Shown here piece after piece: positions 30,810 through 41,336 of a DNA stretch of 64,000 nt. The DNA is from an uncultured Gammaproteobacteria bacterium. Lineage in GTDB: Bacteria > Pseudomonadota > Gammaproteobacteria > CAWCPV01. The position numbers and the translations under genes were made by a program. Where the stretch lies: NCBI GenBank assembly GCA_963797555.1, contig CAWCPV010000007.1, positions 224,001-288,000 on the forward strand, given 5' to 3'. The notes beneath the pieces were generated by a model. That model saw only the letters and a list, made by a program, of their open reading frames with translations, did not search any database and was not told the origin of the DNA. The stretch's first letter is position 1. Every line of letters starts with the position of its first letter.

Positions 30810-31229
30810 ATGTCAAACTTGAGCCGATGGTTGTGCGTTCTCGCCGTGTTTGGGCTCATGCTCACTGCTGTGGTCCACGGCCAGACTGCGACTCTGCGCC
30901 CCCAGGTCGAAAAGCAGGATGAGGCGGAGAGGCTGAAGCTGGAGACGGATCAAAAGACCTATACGGAGTCGCTCAAGCCCTTGGCGCCACAGCAGCGGCA
31001 AGAGCTTCAGCAGCGCCTGCAGCAGCAAAAGCTCCAGCAGCGCCAGCTCCAGCAGCAGCAACTTGGGGACGAACTCTTGCTGGAACAGCGCATGAAGGCA
31101 TTGCCGGGCGCCAACGTCCGTGGGGCGGAAAGTCTCCAGATTCAGCAGTTCGAGAGGCAACAGCGCGGGCTTCAGCTCCAGCAAGAAATGCAGAGGGAGA
31201 CCTGGCCGTATCCAAGACGGTGGCAGTGA
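30810..31229 (+). CDS. Hypothetical secreted Gln-rich protein
   Basis: Signal peptide; coiled-coil-like poly-Q segments. Confidence 0.55.
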   Translation: MSNLSRWLCVLAVFGLMLTAVVHGQTATLRPQVEKQDEAERLKLETDQKTYTESLKPLAPQQRQELQQRLQQQKLQQRQLQQQQLGDELLLEQRMKALPGANVRGAESLQIQQFERQQRGLQLQQEMQRETWPYPRRWQ

Positions 31230-31462
31230 AGAAAAACCGGCCCATCGGCTCGCAGCGGCCCGGATCACAACACCTCGGCGAGCGCAGGTGGCTTGGGAGG
31301 CAACGGGAGTCACCTGACCCGCCGGGCAAAGGCTGGGGCTTGCAGGCGAGCAGCGCCTCGCGAGGGCGCGATGAAACCGTGATTCGCCCGAGGAGGCGGC
31401 GCGCCTGTTGCCTATTCGAAGGTTACCGGCTGCCAGGGTAGGCGGGTGCGCGGGCCTCTGAC

Positions 31463-31476
31463 TTGATCTCAATCAA
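31463..31476 (+). promoter_or_regulatory. FNR/DNR/NnrR box
   Basis: Perfect TTGAT-CTCA-ATCAA upstream of the nor cluster. Confidence 0.85.
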
Positions 31477-31549
31477 GGACTGACGGGGCGGCTTGCATTC
31501 TACTGAGCGCCACACGCGCTGGGCTGCGTGCTCGCGGAGGACAAGGTCC

Positions 31550-31861
31550 ATGGAGCCGGTCGCGCTGCAGGACTTCTTCGTAGCCGTCGTTTCAGCGGCC
31601 GCGGTCATTATCGCCGGCGCGGCCTATGCGCTGCTGTTCGCGGCGGGGCGGGTTTACGGCCGTCCCGGGCTCGTGCCCTTCGCCTATCTAGCCTACGTCA
31701 TGCTGGCCGTGGCGGTACTGACGCTGTCGCGCGCACTGCACTTCAGTGGGTCATGGCGGGTGCTGACTTATCTCCTGCTCTTCGGCTACCTCCTGGCACC
31801 GCACGGTATCTGGCATCTGAGCGTGGCCACCCACGGGGCGGAGACGGACGAGGCGGAATGA
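31550..31861 (+). CDS. Small three-TM membrane protein of the nor cluster
   Basis: Three hydrophobic helices; first gene after the FNR box. Confidence 0.7.
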   Translation: MEPVALQDFFVAVVSAAAVIIAGAAYALLFAAGRVYGRPGLVPFAYLAYVMLAVAVLTLSRALHFSGSWRVLTYLLLFGYLLAPHGIWHLSVATHGAETDEAE

Positions 31862-31916
31862 AGCAGGCAGCGCGCTCGGACCACGAACAATGACACCCGG
31901 TAAGGAGGATGCACGC

Positions 31917-32513
31917 ATGGGTGAGACCCCTTGGTGGGCGAGTATTCCCTTTTGGAGACACGTGGCCATCTGGACCACGGTGGTCATGACGGTGGTGCTC
32001 ATATTCCTCAGCGTGAACACGCTCGAGTACAGCCGCGCCGGAAACCACCACGTGCAAGCGTACAGCGTCATCAACCAGCGTATCGACTATGTGTACGACG
32101 GGAACCGCAGGCGCATGATTCCTGTGATAGGCGACAAGGAGCCGCTGTTCGGCAAGGAGCTGACCGAGCAGGAGGCGAAGGCCCTGGTCACTCACGGGAA
32201 GAAGACCATCCAGGGCAGGAATTGCATGAACTGCCATACCCTGCTGGGAAATGGGGCGTACTTCGCTCCGGACCTGACCCGGGCGTGGCTGGATCCGGCC
32301 TGGGGCTCGGAGGCCTCGCGCGAGACCCTGATGCTCCTGTTCCTGAAGGATCCCGCCAACAATGCCCGGACCTACGGGACTGGACGCAGGATGCCGAACC
32401 TGCACCTCACCGACGAGGAGGCCAAGGCGGTCATCGCCTTCCTCAAGTGGATGTCGGCCATCGACACCAACGGCTTCCCGGCCAACTTCAAGCCCATACG
32501 ACAAGGAGGATGA
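31917..32513 (+). CDS. norC: Nitric oxide reductase cytochrome c subunit
   Basis: TM anchor; CMNCHTLLGNGAYFAPDLT, RRMPNL, IDTNGFP; RBS AAGGAGG. Confidence 0.9.
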   Translation: MGETPWWASIPFWRHVAIWTTVVMTVVLIFLSVNTLEYSRAGNHHVQAYSVINQRIDYVYDGNRRRMIPVIGDKEPLFGKELTEQEAKALVTHGKKTIQGRNCMNCHTLLGNGAYFAPDLTRAWLDPAWGSEASRETLMLLFLKDPANNARTYGTGRRMPNLHLTDEEAKAVIAFLKWMSAIDTNGFPANFKPIRQGG

Positions 32514-32519
32514 CGCCCC

Positions 32520-33995
32520 ATGGCCATCGGAGCGCTTGATACCGCCAACCTGACCGATGCCCAGCGCCTCGCGGTCAAGTATTTCGCGGTCGCCATCGTG
32601 CTGTTCGGCGCGCAGCTCGTCTTCGGCATCCTGGCGGCCATGCAGTTCCTTCATCCCCAACTGCTGTACGGTGTGCTGGACTTCAGCGTGAACCGCATGG
32701 TCCACACCAACGCGATGATCGTGTGGCTGCTGTTCGGTTTCGTGGGGTCCGTCTACTGGCTGCTGGAGGATGAGAGTGGGGCGAAGCCGGTGGGCCTCGC
32801 GCTCGGCAATCTGGCGTTCTGGGTGGTGACGGCGGCGGTGGCCGTGGTCGTTGTGGTGTATCTGTTCGTGCAGACCGGACCCGGGACCGATTTCACCCGC
32901 TGGTTCATCAACGAAGGGCGCGAGTACATCGAGGCGCCGCGCTGGGCTGACATCGGCATCGTCGCGTGGGCTGCGGTGTTTTTCTACAACGTGCTGGCCA
33001 CGTTCCTGAGAGGGCGCTTCACCGGGGTGGGCGGGGTGCTGGTGCTCGACCTGGTGGCGCTACTGGGGCTTTACCTCGCCGGCATGTTCTACATGACCAA
33101 CATCAGCCACGACCAATTCTGGTGGTGGTGGGTGGTGCACCTGTGGGTCGAGGCGACCTGGGAGGTGCTGGTCGGTGTCGTCATGGCGTGGGCGCTGATG
33201 TACATGCTCGGCGCCCGCCGCAAGATCGTGACCGGTTGGCTGTACGTGGAGGTGGCCCTGATGCTGGGCTCGGGCATTTTGGGCCTCGGGCACCACTATT
33301 TCTGGATCGGAACGCCGGATTACTGGTTCGAGGTCGGTGGCTTCTTCTCGGCGCTGGAGCCCATCCCGTTGGTGGCGATGGTGGTGCACGCGATCTACGA
33401 CACCGGCCATCACCGCATGAAGAACCGCAACCACCCGGCGATGGCATGGATCATCGCCCACACCTTCGGGAACTTCATCGGGGCGGGAGTGTGGGGGTTC
33501 ATGCAGACCCTGCCCCAGATCAACCTCTATACCCATGGCACCCAGTGGACTGCCTCCCACGGCCACTTGGCATTCTTTGGCGCCTACGTCACGATGAACG
33601 TCGCCATGATGTACCTCGCCGTCCAGAAGTGGCGCGGCGACGTGTGGATGGGCGCCGGGATCGGCGCCAGATGGAAGTGGTCGCTGGGAACGCTGACGGT
33701 GGGAGTCGTCGGGATGTCGATCGCGTTGCTCGTCGCCGGCTACGAGCAGTCGTTCATCGAGCGGGCCGTGGACGGCTCGAGCTGGAGCGGCTACTTCGAC
33801 GCGCAGAACAACCCCTGGTTCACTCAGGCCATGTGGTGGCGCATGGTCTTCGGGTGGGTCACGTTGCTCGGCTACGCTTTGCTGGTGTGGGATCTAGTGA
33901 GCGTCGGCAGCGGCGCGACCCGCAAGGCGGAAGATATCGCGCGCGAGGAGGAATACGGCCCTGAAGGCGTAAGCCCGGCGCCGACTGCGGCGTGA
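32520..33995 (+). CDS. norB: Nitric oxide reductase large subunit (cNOR)
   Basis: RMVHTN, EGREYIE, VVHLWVEATWE, GHHYFWIG, SALEP, SHGHLAFFGAY. Confidence 0.93.
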   Translation: MAIGALDTANLTDAQRLAVKYFAVAIVLFGAQLVFGILAAMQFLHPQLLYGVLDFSVNRMVHTNAMIVWLLFGFVGSVYWLLEDESGAKPVGLALGNLAFWVVTAAVAVVVVVYLFVQTGPGTDFTRWFINEGREYIEAPRWADIGIVAWAAVFFYNVLATFLRGRFTGVGGVLVLDLVALLGLYLAGMFYMTNISHDQFWWWWVVHLWVEATWEVLVGVVMAWALMYMLGARRKIVTGWLYVEVALMLGSGILGLGHHYFWIGTPDYWFEVGGFFSALEPIPLVAMVVHAIYDTGHHRMKNRNHPAMAWIIAHTFGNFIGAGVWGFMQTLPQINLYTHGTQWTASHGHLAFFGAYVTMNVAMMYLAVQKWRGDVWMGAGIGARWKWSLGTLTVGVVGMSIALLVAGYEQSFIERAVDGSSWSGYFDAQNNPWFTQAMWWRMVFGWVTLLGYALLVWDLVSVGSGATRKAEDIAREEEYGPEGVSPAPTAA

Positions 33996-34030
33996 GGGCT
34001 GGCGGCCGCCGGGGGCCGGCCGGTTGCCGA

Positions 34031-35062
34031 TCAGACGCTTCTAGGCGCCGCCTCCGCGACTTCTAGCGAACCGTCCGTCTCGGGACTGCCTCGCTCGGGG
34101 GCTTGGGGACGCATCCCCAGGCGCCTGAGCAGTGCCCGGTCGCGGTCCACCGTGGGGTTTCCGGTGGTGAGCAGCTTCTCGCCGTAAAAGATCGAGTTGG
34201 CTCCGGCGAACAGGCACAGCGCCTGCAACTCGTCGGTCATGGCCTCCCGACCCGCGGACAGCCGCACGTAGGAGCGTGGCATCGACAGGCGCGCGACGGC
34301 GATGGTGCGTACCAGCTCGAAGGGATCCGGCTGCGGCACGTCGGCGAGGGGCGTGCCCTTGACCCGGACCAGCAGATTGATGGGCACGCTCTCCGGGTGG
34401 GCCGGCAGGTTGGCCAGGGTCATCAGCAGGCCGGCGCGGTCCCGCCGGGTCTCTCCCATGCCGACGATGCCGCCGGCGCACACCCGGATACCCGCTATGC
34501 GGACCTGGGCGAGGGTCTTCAGGCGCTCATCGTAGGTGCGCGTGCCGACGATTTGCGGATAGAATTCCCGCGAGCTGTCCAGGTTGTGGTTGTAATAATC
34601 CAGTCCCGCCTCCCTGAGGCGCTCTGCCTGCTCCGCGGTGAGCATCCCCAGGGTGGCGCAGGTCTCCAGCCCGATGGCCTTGACTGCGGCCACCATCTCC
34701 AGCACGCGCGCAAAATCTCGCTCCCGCGGGCTGCGCCAGGCCGCCCCCATGCAGAAGCGGGTGGCCCCGCGTTCCCTGGCGCGCTCGGCGGCCGCCACCA
34801 CTTCGTCCAGCGGCAGCAGGGGCTGCGATCGGACGCCGGAGTCGTGGCGCGCGCTCTGCGGACAATACGCGCAGTCCTCGGGGCAAGCACCGGTCTTGAT
34901 GCTGAGCAGCGTGCTGACCTGAACCGTGTTGGGGTCGAAATGGGTGCGGTGTATGCCATGGGCGCGATACAGCAGGTCGCTGAACGGCAGCTCGAACAGC
35001 GCCGTCAGCTCGTGCAGCGACCAGTCGTGACGTGGTAGAGCGCGCTCTTGCAGGGTATCCAT
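34031..35062 (-). CDS. bioB: Biotin synthase
   Basis: [16 protein letters not shown] radical SAM motif, [28 protein letters not shown]. Confidence 0.97.
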   Translation of the reverse strand: MDTLQERALPRHDWSLHELTALFELPFSDLLYRAHGIHRTHFDPNTVQVSTLLSIKTGACPEDCAYCPQSARHDSGVRSQPLLPLDEVVAAAERARERGATRFCMGAAWRSPRERDFARVLEMVAAVKAIGLETCATLGMLTAEQAERLREAGLDYYNHNLDSSREFYPQIVGTRTYDERLKTLAQVRIAGIRVCAGGIVGMGETRRDRAGLLMTLANLPAHPESVPINLLVRVKGTPLADVPQPDPFELVRTIAVARLSMPRSYVRLSAGREAMTDELQALCLFAGANSIFYGEKLLTTGNPTVDRDRALLRRLGMRPQAPERGSPETDGSLEVAEAAPRSV

Positions 35063-35410
35063 AGGCCGTTCCGTTTCAGGATGGGTGCGGGGGCCCGCCA
35101 CCCACAGGGCCGCACGGTGCGGCCCGACGCGCCATTGTACGCGCGGCGTCGCGCCTCCGCGAGGCGGACGGCGAGAGTCTGCCGCGTCCGCCCGGGATCC
35201 TCGCGTGCCCGCCGTGTATCGCAAGACGCTGCCCCCGAGACGCCTTCGGAAGCTCCGCTGTTACGGGCATCGAGCCTTGCGCCAACTGTCCGGAAACTCA
35301 TGTCCGCGGGCCATGGTCATAGTAGGCGACGCCGGGTGATCGAGCGTCCCCTCGACCGACGATGTACGTCCGCAGGCCGGCACAGGGTTTTCGACTCGGC
35401 GGTAAGCTCG

Positions 35411-35454
35411 GAGCTTGCGAAGAAATCGCGCGCAGCAGATTGATTCACAGGCTC
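35411..35454 (-). repeat. Minimal 44-bp MITE-family copy (ends only)
   Basis: Reverse complement GAGCCTGTGAATCAATCTGCTGCGCGCGATTTCTTCGCAAGCTC is the two ends of 37090-37230 joined. Confidence 0.7.
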
Positions 35455-35504
35455 TCCGGGGTTTGGAGTGAAGGAACTACATGGAAGATCGAGGAGGATC
35501 TCGT

Positions 35505-36885
35505 ATGCCGCGCATCGCTTCGTTGAGTCTCGCTGCGACCCTGGGGTTCGTCGGGGGCCTGGCACTGCTGAACCCGCACGCGGGGCCTGCCGCGATTCCT
35601 ATCCTCGGGGGGGAGAGGAGCGCGCACACGTTGGCGCCCATGCTCAAGGAGGTGATGCCGGCGGTGGTGAACATCGCGAGCCGGGCGCGGGTGCGGGTGG
35701 AGAGTCCGCTGCTGGACGACCCATTCTTCCGGCGATTCTTTGGGCAGCTTGAGCAGCCGCAGGAGCGCCAGACCCAGAGCCTGGGGTCGGGGGTGGTAGT
35801 AGACGGGCGGGGAGGCTACATCCTCACCAACCGTCATGTGGTGGAGGGAGCGGACCAGATCACCGTGACCTTGCAGGACGGGCGTACCTTCAACGCGAAG
35901 GTGGCGGGGACGGATCCGGATTCGGACATCGCAGTGATTCACATCGATGCCGACCGACTCAAGGCGATCAGGCTGGGCAACTCGGACAAGCTGGAGGTGG
36001 GTGACTTCGTGGTGGCCATCGGCAATCCGTTCGGACTCGGGCAGACGGTCACCTCAGGTATCGTGAGCGCCCTCGGTCGCTCCGGCCTCGGCATCGAGGG
36101 CTACGAGGACTTCATCCAGACCGATGCCTCCATCAACCCCGGGAACTCCGGTGGGGCGTTGGTGAACCTGGACGGCGAGCTGGTCGGTATCAACACGGCC
36201 ATCGTGGCACCCAGCGGCGGCAACGTCGGCATCGGATTCGCCATTCCGGTGAACATGGCGCGCGACATCATGACCCAGCTCATCCAGTACGGCCAAGTCC
36301 GGCGCGGCCAGCTTGGGGTGCATGCGCAGGATCTGACCCCGGAGCTGGCGCACGCCTTCGACATCCAGGCCACCGAGGGAGCGGTCGTGGCCCGTGTGGT
36401 GCCCCATTCGCCGGCGGCCCAGGCGGGGCTGCAGGTGGGAGACGTGATCGTGGCGGTGGATGGCAAACCGGTCCACGACGCGGCTGAACTGCGCAACGCG
36501 GTGGGCCTGCTGCACGTGGGCCAGTCGGTGACGGTGGATCTGCTGAGGCGCGCCCACCCGTTGGCTGTTCAGGCCAAGATCGGCGAGGTCCAGGTTTCGC
36601 ACCTGGACGGCAGGCGCTTGAGCCGGTACTTGGCCGGGGCCGTGTTGGCCGAGGTGCAGGGGGAACGGGTGTTCGGCAGCGACCCCGGGGTCCAGGTGCT
36701 CGACATCCAGCGCGGCAGTTCCGCGTGGAGTCTCCGGGCTGCGCAAGGGAGACGTGATCCTGGCCGTCAACCACGAGTCCATCGCGAGCCTGGAGGACTT
36801 GAGGCGTGCAGCGCAGCACTCCGCGCAGGGGTTGTTGCTCAATATCCGCCGCGGAGACGGGGCGCTGTTCATCCTTATTCGTTAG
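35505..36885 (+). CDS. degQ: DegQ/DegP serine endoprotease (frameshift near 36730)
   Basis: DDPFFRRFF, TNRHVV, DSDIAV, INPGNSGGAL, two PDZ domains; tail continues in another frame to ...LFILIR*. Confidence 0.85.
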
Positions 36886-36903
36886 CAGGCTCGGGAGACG
36901 AAA

Positions 36904-37089
36904 TTGGACGATGCGACAGTAACGTGCCCGTACTGCGGCGAGATCATCGTCCTTCAGGTGGACGTGTCGTCGGGAAGCCAGCAGTATATCGAGGATTGTC
37001 CGGTGTGCTGCCGGCCTATCGAGTTCGATGCGAGGGTGGACCAAGCGGGGCGCCTCGACCGACTGGAGGCACGCCGTGAGGATGAGTGA
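36904..37089 (+). CDS. CPXCG motif cysteine-rich protein
   Basis: CPYCGE...QQYIEDCPVCCRPI. Confidence 0.85.
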   Translation: MDDATVTCPYCGEIIVLQVDVSSGSQQYIEDCPVCCRPIEFDARVDQAGRLDRLEARREDE

Positions 37090-37230
37090 GAGCTTGTGAA
37101 TAAATCTGCTGCGCGTCCCGATAGCCGCGTTGCGCGGTGCTCGCTCCTCGCCTATCTACTTGATATGTCAAGTCACTGCGCTCCGTGCGCCTTGCTCTCG
37201 GGCCGCTCGCGACGATTTCTTCGCAAGCTC
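37090..37230 (+). mobile_element. MITE-like element (reference copy, no inner module)
   Basis: Terminal IRs GAGCTTGTGAA / TTCGCAAGCTC; flanked by TGA...TGA (left TGA is a stop codon). Confidence 0.75.
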
Positions 37231-37673
37231 TGAGATCTCACCCCACCGGCTCAGCGCGCGCTCCACCAGGCAGGCGTCCGGCCAGGGAATAAGCCGTACC
37301 GATCGGCGAGTCCGGTCGGTCGAGGTGGCCAGCACTTGGACCGGGGCGCTTCGCGGCCGACGATAGGGCGCCAATTCGCTGCGCAGTGCCGTCTCTCGGC
37401 TGGGGCGGCGCTCGGCCTGGCGTCGGTCCGACTGCTTTGCGCGCCGCGCGGCGGCACGGTAAGCTACGGGCGCACTCCCTGTCCCGCCTCGCAAAGGTGG
37501 CACCCCCTTGCGAGGCCATTCCCGTGGGCCGCCCTGCGCCGCAGCGGGCGCGAGAACGAGAGGAGTCGACGTGTCTGCGGCTGGTCGCGCCGAGCGTAAT
37601 GGTTGTCGCACTCGGTGCCTGGACATTGCAGGCGCCCCAGAGCATCGCCTATCAAGACGCTAAGGAGGCAGCC

Positions 37674-38150
37674 ATGAGCTTGACGATCATTTCCCCGGCA
37701 TTCGGCCAGAATGACGCAATCCCGGCACTCTATACCTGCGACGGCAAGGATATCTCCCCGGCGCTGACATGGTCCGGCGTGCCTGAGGGGACGAAGAGCC
37801 TGGCCCTCATCGTCGATGACCCGGATGCCCCGGACCCGGCCGCGCCCAAGATGACTTGGGTGCACTGGGTGCTGTACAACCTGCCCCCCGGCACCACTGA
37901 CCTGCCTGAGGAGGTGCCCCCGAGCGGCCTCCCGCGAGGTACCCTGCAGGGCTTGAACGATTGGAAACGCACGGGATATGGCGGCCCGTGCCCTCCCATC
38001 GGTCGCCATCGCTATTTCCACAAGCTGTATGCCCTGGACGTCGCGTTGCCGGATTTGGGGACCCCCAGCAAGGCCGCATTGGAGAAGGCAATGAAGGGGC
38101 ACGTCCTGGCCGAAGCACGGCTCGTCGGTACCTACCAGCGCGGGCGTTGA
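37674..38150 (+). CDS. YbhB/YbcL (PEBP/Raf kinase inhibitor-like) protein
   Basis: YTCDGKDISP, DDPDAP, WVHWVLYN, GYGGPCPP.G.HRY. Confidence 0.92.
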   Translation: MSLTIISPAFGQNDAIPALYTCDGKDISPALTWSGVPEGTKSLALIVDDPDAPDPAAPKMTWVHWVLYNLPPGTTDLPEEVPPSGLPRGTLQGLNDWKRTGYGGPCPPIGRHRYFHKLYALDVALPDLGTPSKAALEKAMKGHVLAEARLVGTYQRGR

Positions 38151-38169
38151 GCCGCGCTGGCTGAGACGA

Positions 38170-38930
38170 CGTGGTTGCGGGAGGGCGGCTGGCCCTCGTC
38201 GTTCATGGCGGTGCCGGACGCATTGCGGACGGCCTGATCCAGGAGCGACTGCAGGGCTGCAAGTCAGCGGCGTGAGCTGCGTGGCGCATCCTGGAGCAAG
38301 GCGGAGTTGCCCTGGACGCCGTTCAGTGCGCGGTCGAGATCTTGGAGGACAGCCCGCTGTTCAACGCGGGCCTGGGGTCGGTGCTGAACGCGGGCCGGTG
38401 AGGCTCAGCTCGACGCCTCCATCATGGACGGGGCGACGCTGCGCGCCGGAGCCGCCGGGGCCGCGAGGGGAATACCCCATCCGGTGCAGGTCGCACGGCG
38501 CCTGCTGGAAGAAGGACCCCACGTGCTGCTGGTCGGGGAGGGGGCGCGGCGCTTTGCCGAGGAGCACGGCATCGAGACCTGCCAGCCCCAGGACCTCATC
38601 GTTTCGGGCCAGCGCAGGCGCTGGGAGGAGAGCCACGGGACGGTGGGTTGCGTGGCGGTGGATCGGGTCGGCAGGAGTGCTGCGGCCACCTCTACCGGCG
38701 GCCTGTTCGACGCCCTGTCGGGCCGCGTCGGCGATTCCGCCTTGATCGGATGCGGTACCTACGCCACCCGGGACGGCGCAGTGTCCTGTTGCGGATCTTC
38801 GCGCCGGGACGGGGAGCGAGGCGGGGCTGATCGTGGTCGACTTCCGGGGGGCGTCGGATATGCCAAGAACACCGTGCACATGTTGGTGTGTGCGGTGGCG
38901 CAGGGCATGGAGCCGATGACGAGCCTGTGA
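38170..38930 (+). pseudogene. Isoaspartyl peptidase/L-asparaginase (Ntn hydrolase), multiply frameshifted and truncated
   Basis: LVVHGGAG, LEDSPLFNAG, LDASIMDG, HGTVGCVA, ATSTGG, GRVGDSALIGCGTYA. Confidence 0.8.
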
Positions 38931-39024
38931 CCGCCGGCCAATCGCTGAGGGTGGCTCTTGACTCTCGTCGGATCCGTGGGCGACGGCAAAGCATAATTCC
39001 CCTGGACGATGACAGCCCGATGAC

Positions 39025-39648
39025 TCCCCGAGGTAAGCCCCCGGCTTTGCCGGGGGACTCACCGAGGTTTGACCTATACGACGGTCGTCGTGAATCTCCA
39101 ATCTCCGCCAAGAGAAGGAGACGCACGATGAAAGAGTACCAGAGTCTGATCCACACGAAGTGGGACTGTAAGTACCATGTGATATTCATCCCGAAAGCGC
39201 AGGAAGAAGCGGATCTTCGGGGCGCTGCGCCGCCACCTGGGACAGATCTTCCACGAGTTGGCGGGCCACAAGGACTCGAAGGTGGTTGAAGGCCACCTGA
39301 TGTCCGATCACGTGCACATGTGCCTGAGCATACCGCCGAAGTATGCGGTGTCCAACGTCGTGGGGTATATCAAAGGCAAGAGCGCCATCCAGATCGCCCG
39401 GAGGTTCGCAGGCCGGCAGCGGAACTTCACCGGAGAGAACTTTTGGGCGCGCGGGTACTTTGTGTCCACGGTCGGCTTAGATGAGGCGATGGTCAGGGCC
39501 TACATCCGGAACCAAGAGCAAGAGGACGAGCGCTACGATCAGCTAACGCTGGGGACATAGGTCCAGCCGCCTTGGGCGGCTCCCGGTGTTATGGCGCCTT
39601 TGAGGCGCTCACCCAATAAGCCCCCGGCTTTGCCGGGGGTGAGTTAAC
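39025..39648 (+). mobile_element. IS200-group element, copy 2
   Basis: Near-identical to 5347-5969; inserted 3' of TGAC. Confidence 0.9.
39128..39560 (+). pseudogene. tnpA: IS200 Y1 transposase with the same frameshift as copy 1
   Basis: Same CCGAAAGCGC junction; DHVHM motif. Confidence 0.85.
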
Positions 39649-40157
39649 TTCACAAGTGCTCGGGCTATAGCCGATTTCCCGAATCCTACCCGCTGTGCGA
39701 GATTGCCGCGGCCGCTGTCTGGCCGCTGTTGAGCCTCTCCTCTACCCGACCGGCGGTGGGCGCCAGCGGCGCCATCCGCAGGTCTGGGTGGCTGCAACTT
39801 GGGCTATCTCCATGTCCGGGGGCGCGTAGGCATCCCCATCGGGTTCTATGTCCACACGGCTGGCTTGGCGGCCCTCGCGGTCTTGGGGCTGTGGATTCCA
39901 TCACAAGCGCGAGCTCGCTGCTCAGGCAATCCAAAGGAGAGGGGAGCAGCGTTCATCGCGCACCACGGCGGGCTCTTTGGTCCGTCGCGATAAGATCCCC
40001 GCTGGGATTGGCGGCGAGAATCGTCGGTGGTCGGTCTAACGCGATGATCGAGTGTTTGTGAATGCGCGGCCTACGGCTCGGCGCCATAGTCAGCCCGCCC
40101 GCGCCGCGTTTGCCCTTACAATGGGAGCCGGTGTCCAACGGGGTCGTACCTGTCGCC

Positions 40158-41336
40158 ATGGTCGTCGTGACCGCCGCCGAGAAGACTGTTCCGACCATTC
40201 GCACCGCTACGCTGCTCGACAGGGACGCGCTCGTGCGCATGGAGAACCGTTGCTTCAGCACAGACCGAATCACGCGGCGCAGCTTTCGCTATCTTCTGAC
40301 CCGCGCGCAGGCGACCACTCTTGTGGAAGAGCTTGAGGGGGGCATCCGCGGCTATGCGATGCTGCTTTTCAACGCCGGCACGTCGCTCGCTCGGCTCTAT
40401 TCGTTCGCGGTGGACCCCGAATATCGGCGTCAGGGGACCGGACTGCGTCTACTCCAGGGCATAGACGACGTGGCCCAGGAACGGGAGTCGGTCGCCATTC
40501 GCCTGGAGGTCCGTCGCGACAACAGCAGCGCGATCGCCCTGTTCCAGAAAGCGGGCTACCGGCAGTTCGGCAGTTATCAGGACTACTACGAGGACCACAT
40601 GGACGCGCTGCGGCTGGAGAAGTCGCTGGCTCCGCACCTGAGGCGCGACCTCGCCGGGGTCCCCTATTACTGCCAGACTACTGATTTCACGTGTGGCTCG
40701 GCCACCCTAATGATGGCCATGAAGGCCCTCGACCCGTCCCTGCAGATGGATCGGAAGCTGGAGCTGCGCATCTGGCGGGAGGCCACCACCGTCTTCATGA
40801 CCTCCGGCCACGGCGGCTGCGGACCTTACGGGTTAGCGCTAGCGGCTTACCACCGGGGGTTCGACGTGGAGATCCACGTCAACGAGATCGGGTCGCTGTT
40901 CGTGGATTCGGTGCGCAACCGGGAGAAGAAAGAGGTCATACGATTGGTGCACGAGGATTTCGTGGAGGAGATCGGACGTCACCAGATCCAGCTCACCCAT
41001 GGCGCGCTCAACGTCCAGCAGTTGCAGGAGAAGTTCGAAGAGGGGGGCATCGCGATCGTGCTCATCAGCTCGTACCGGATCTACCACGAGAAATTCCCCC
41101 ATTGGGTGGTGGTGACCGGCTTCGACGAGCGCTTCATCTACGTGCACGACCCCTATATCGACTCGGAGGAGGGCAAGACCCTCACCGATTGCGTGAACAT
41201 GCCGATCCTGAAGAAGGATTTCGAGCGCATGGCGCGCTATGGGAAGGCGGGCCAAAAGGCCGTAGTCATCCTGAGGAGACACAAACGGCGCTACACCGCT
41301 GCGGTACAGGAGGGCTCTTTGACCGATGTCCACTGA
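40158..41336 (+). CDS. GNAT acetyltransferase-peptidase C39-like (DUF3335) fusion
   Basis: RimI-like GNAT (YSFAVDPEYRRQG, LEVRRDN, YYED); QTTDFTCG, PHWVVVTG, VHDP catalytic triad. Confidence 0.85.
   Translation: MVVVTAAEKTVPTIRTATLLDRDALVRMENRCFSTDRITRRSFRYLLTRAQATTLVEELEGGIRGYAMLLFNAGTSLARLYSFAVDPEYRRQGTGLRLLQGIDDVAQERESVAIRLEVRRDNSSAIALFQKAGYRQFGSYQDYYEDHMDALRLEKSLAPHLRRDLAGVPYYCQTTDFTCGSATLMMAMKALDPSLQMDRKLELRIWREATTVFMTSGHGGCGPYGLALAAYHRGFDVEIHVNEIGSLFVDSVRNREKKEVIRLVHEDFVEEIGRHQIQLTHGALNVQQLQEKFEEGGIAIVLISSYRIYHEKFPHWVVVTGFDERFIYVHDPYIDSEEGKTLTDCVNMPILKKDFERMARYGKAGQKAVVILRRHKRRYTAAVQEGSLTDVH

Noticed and set aside
39650-40150. Possible RiPP precursor upstream of the GNAT-C39/RimK pair
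   Set aside because: No short ORF with a credible RBS, leader or repeated core motif was visible
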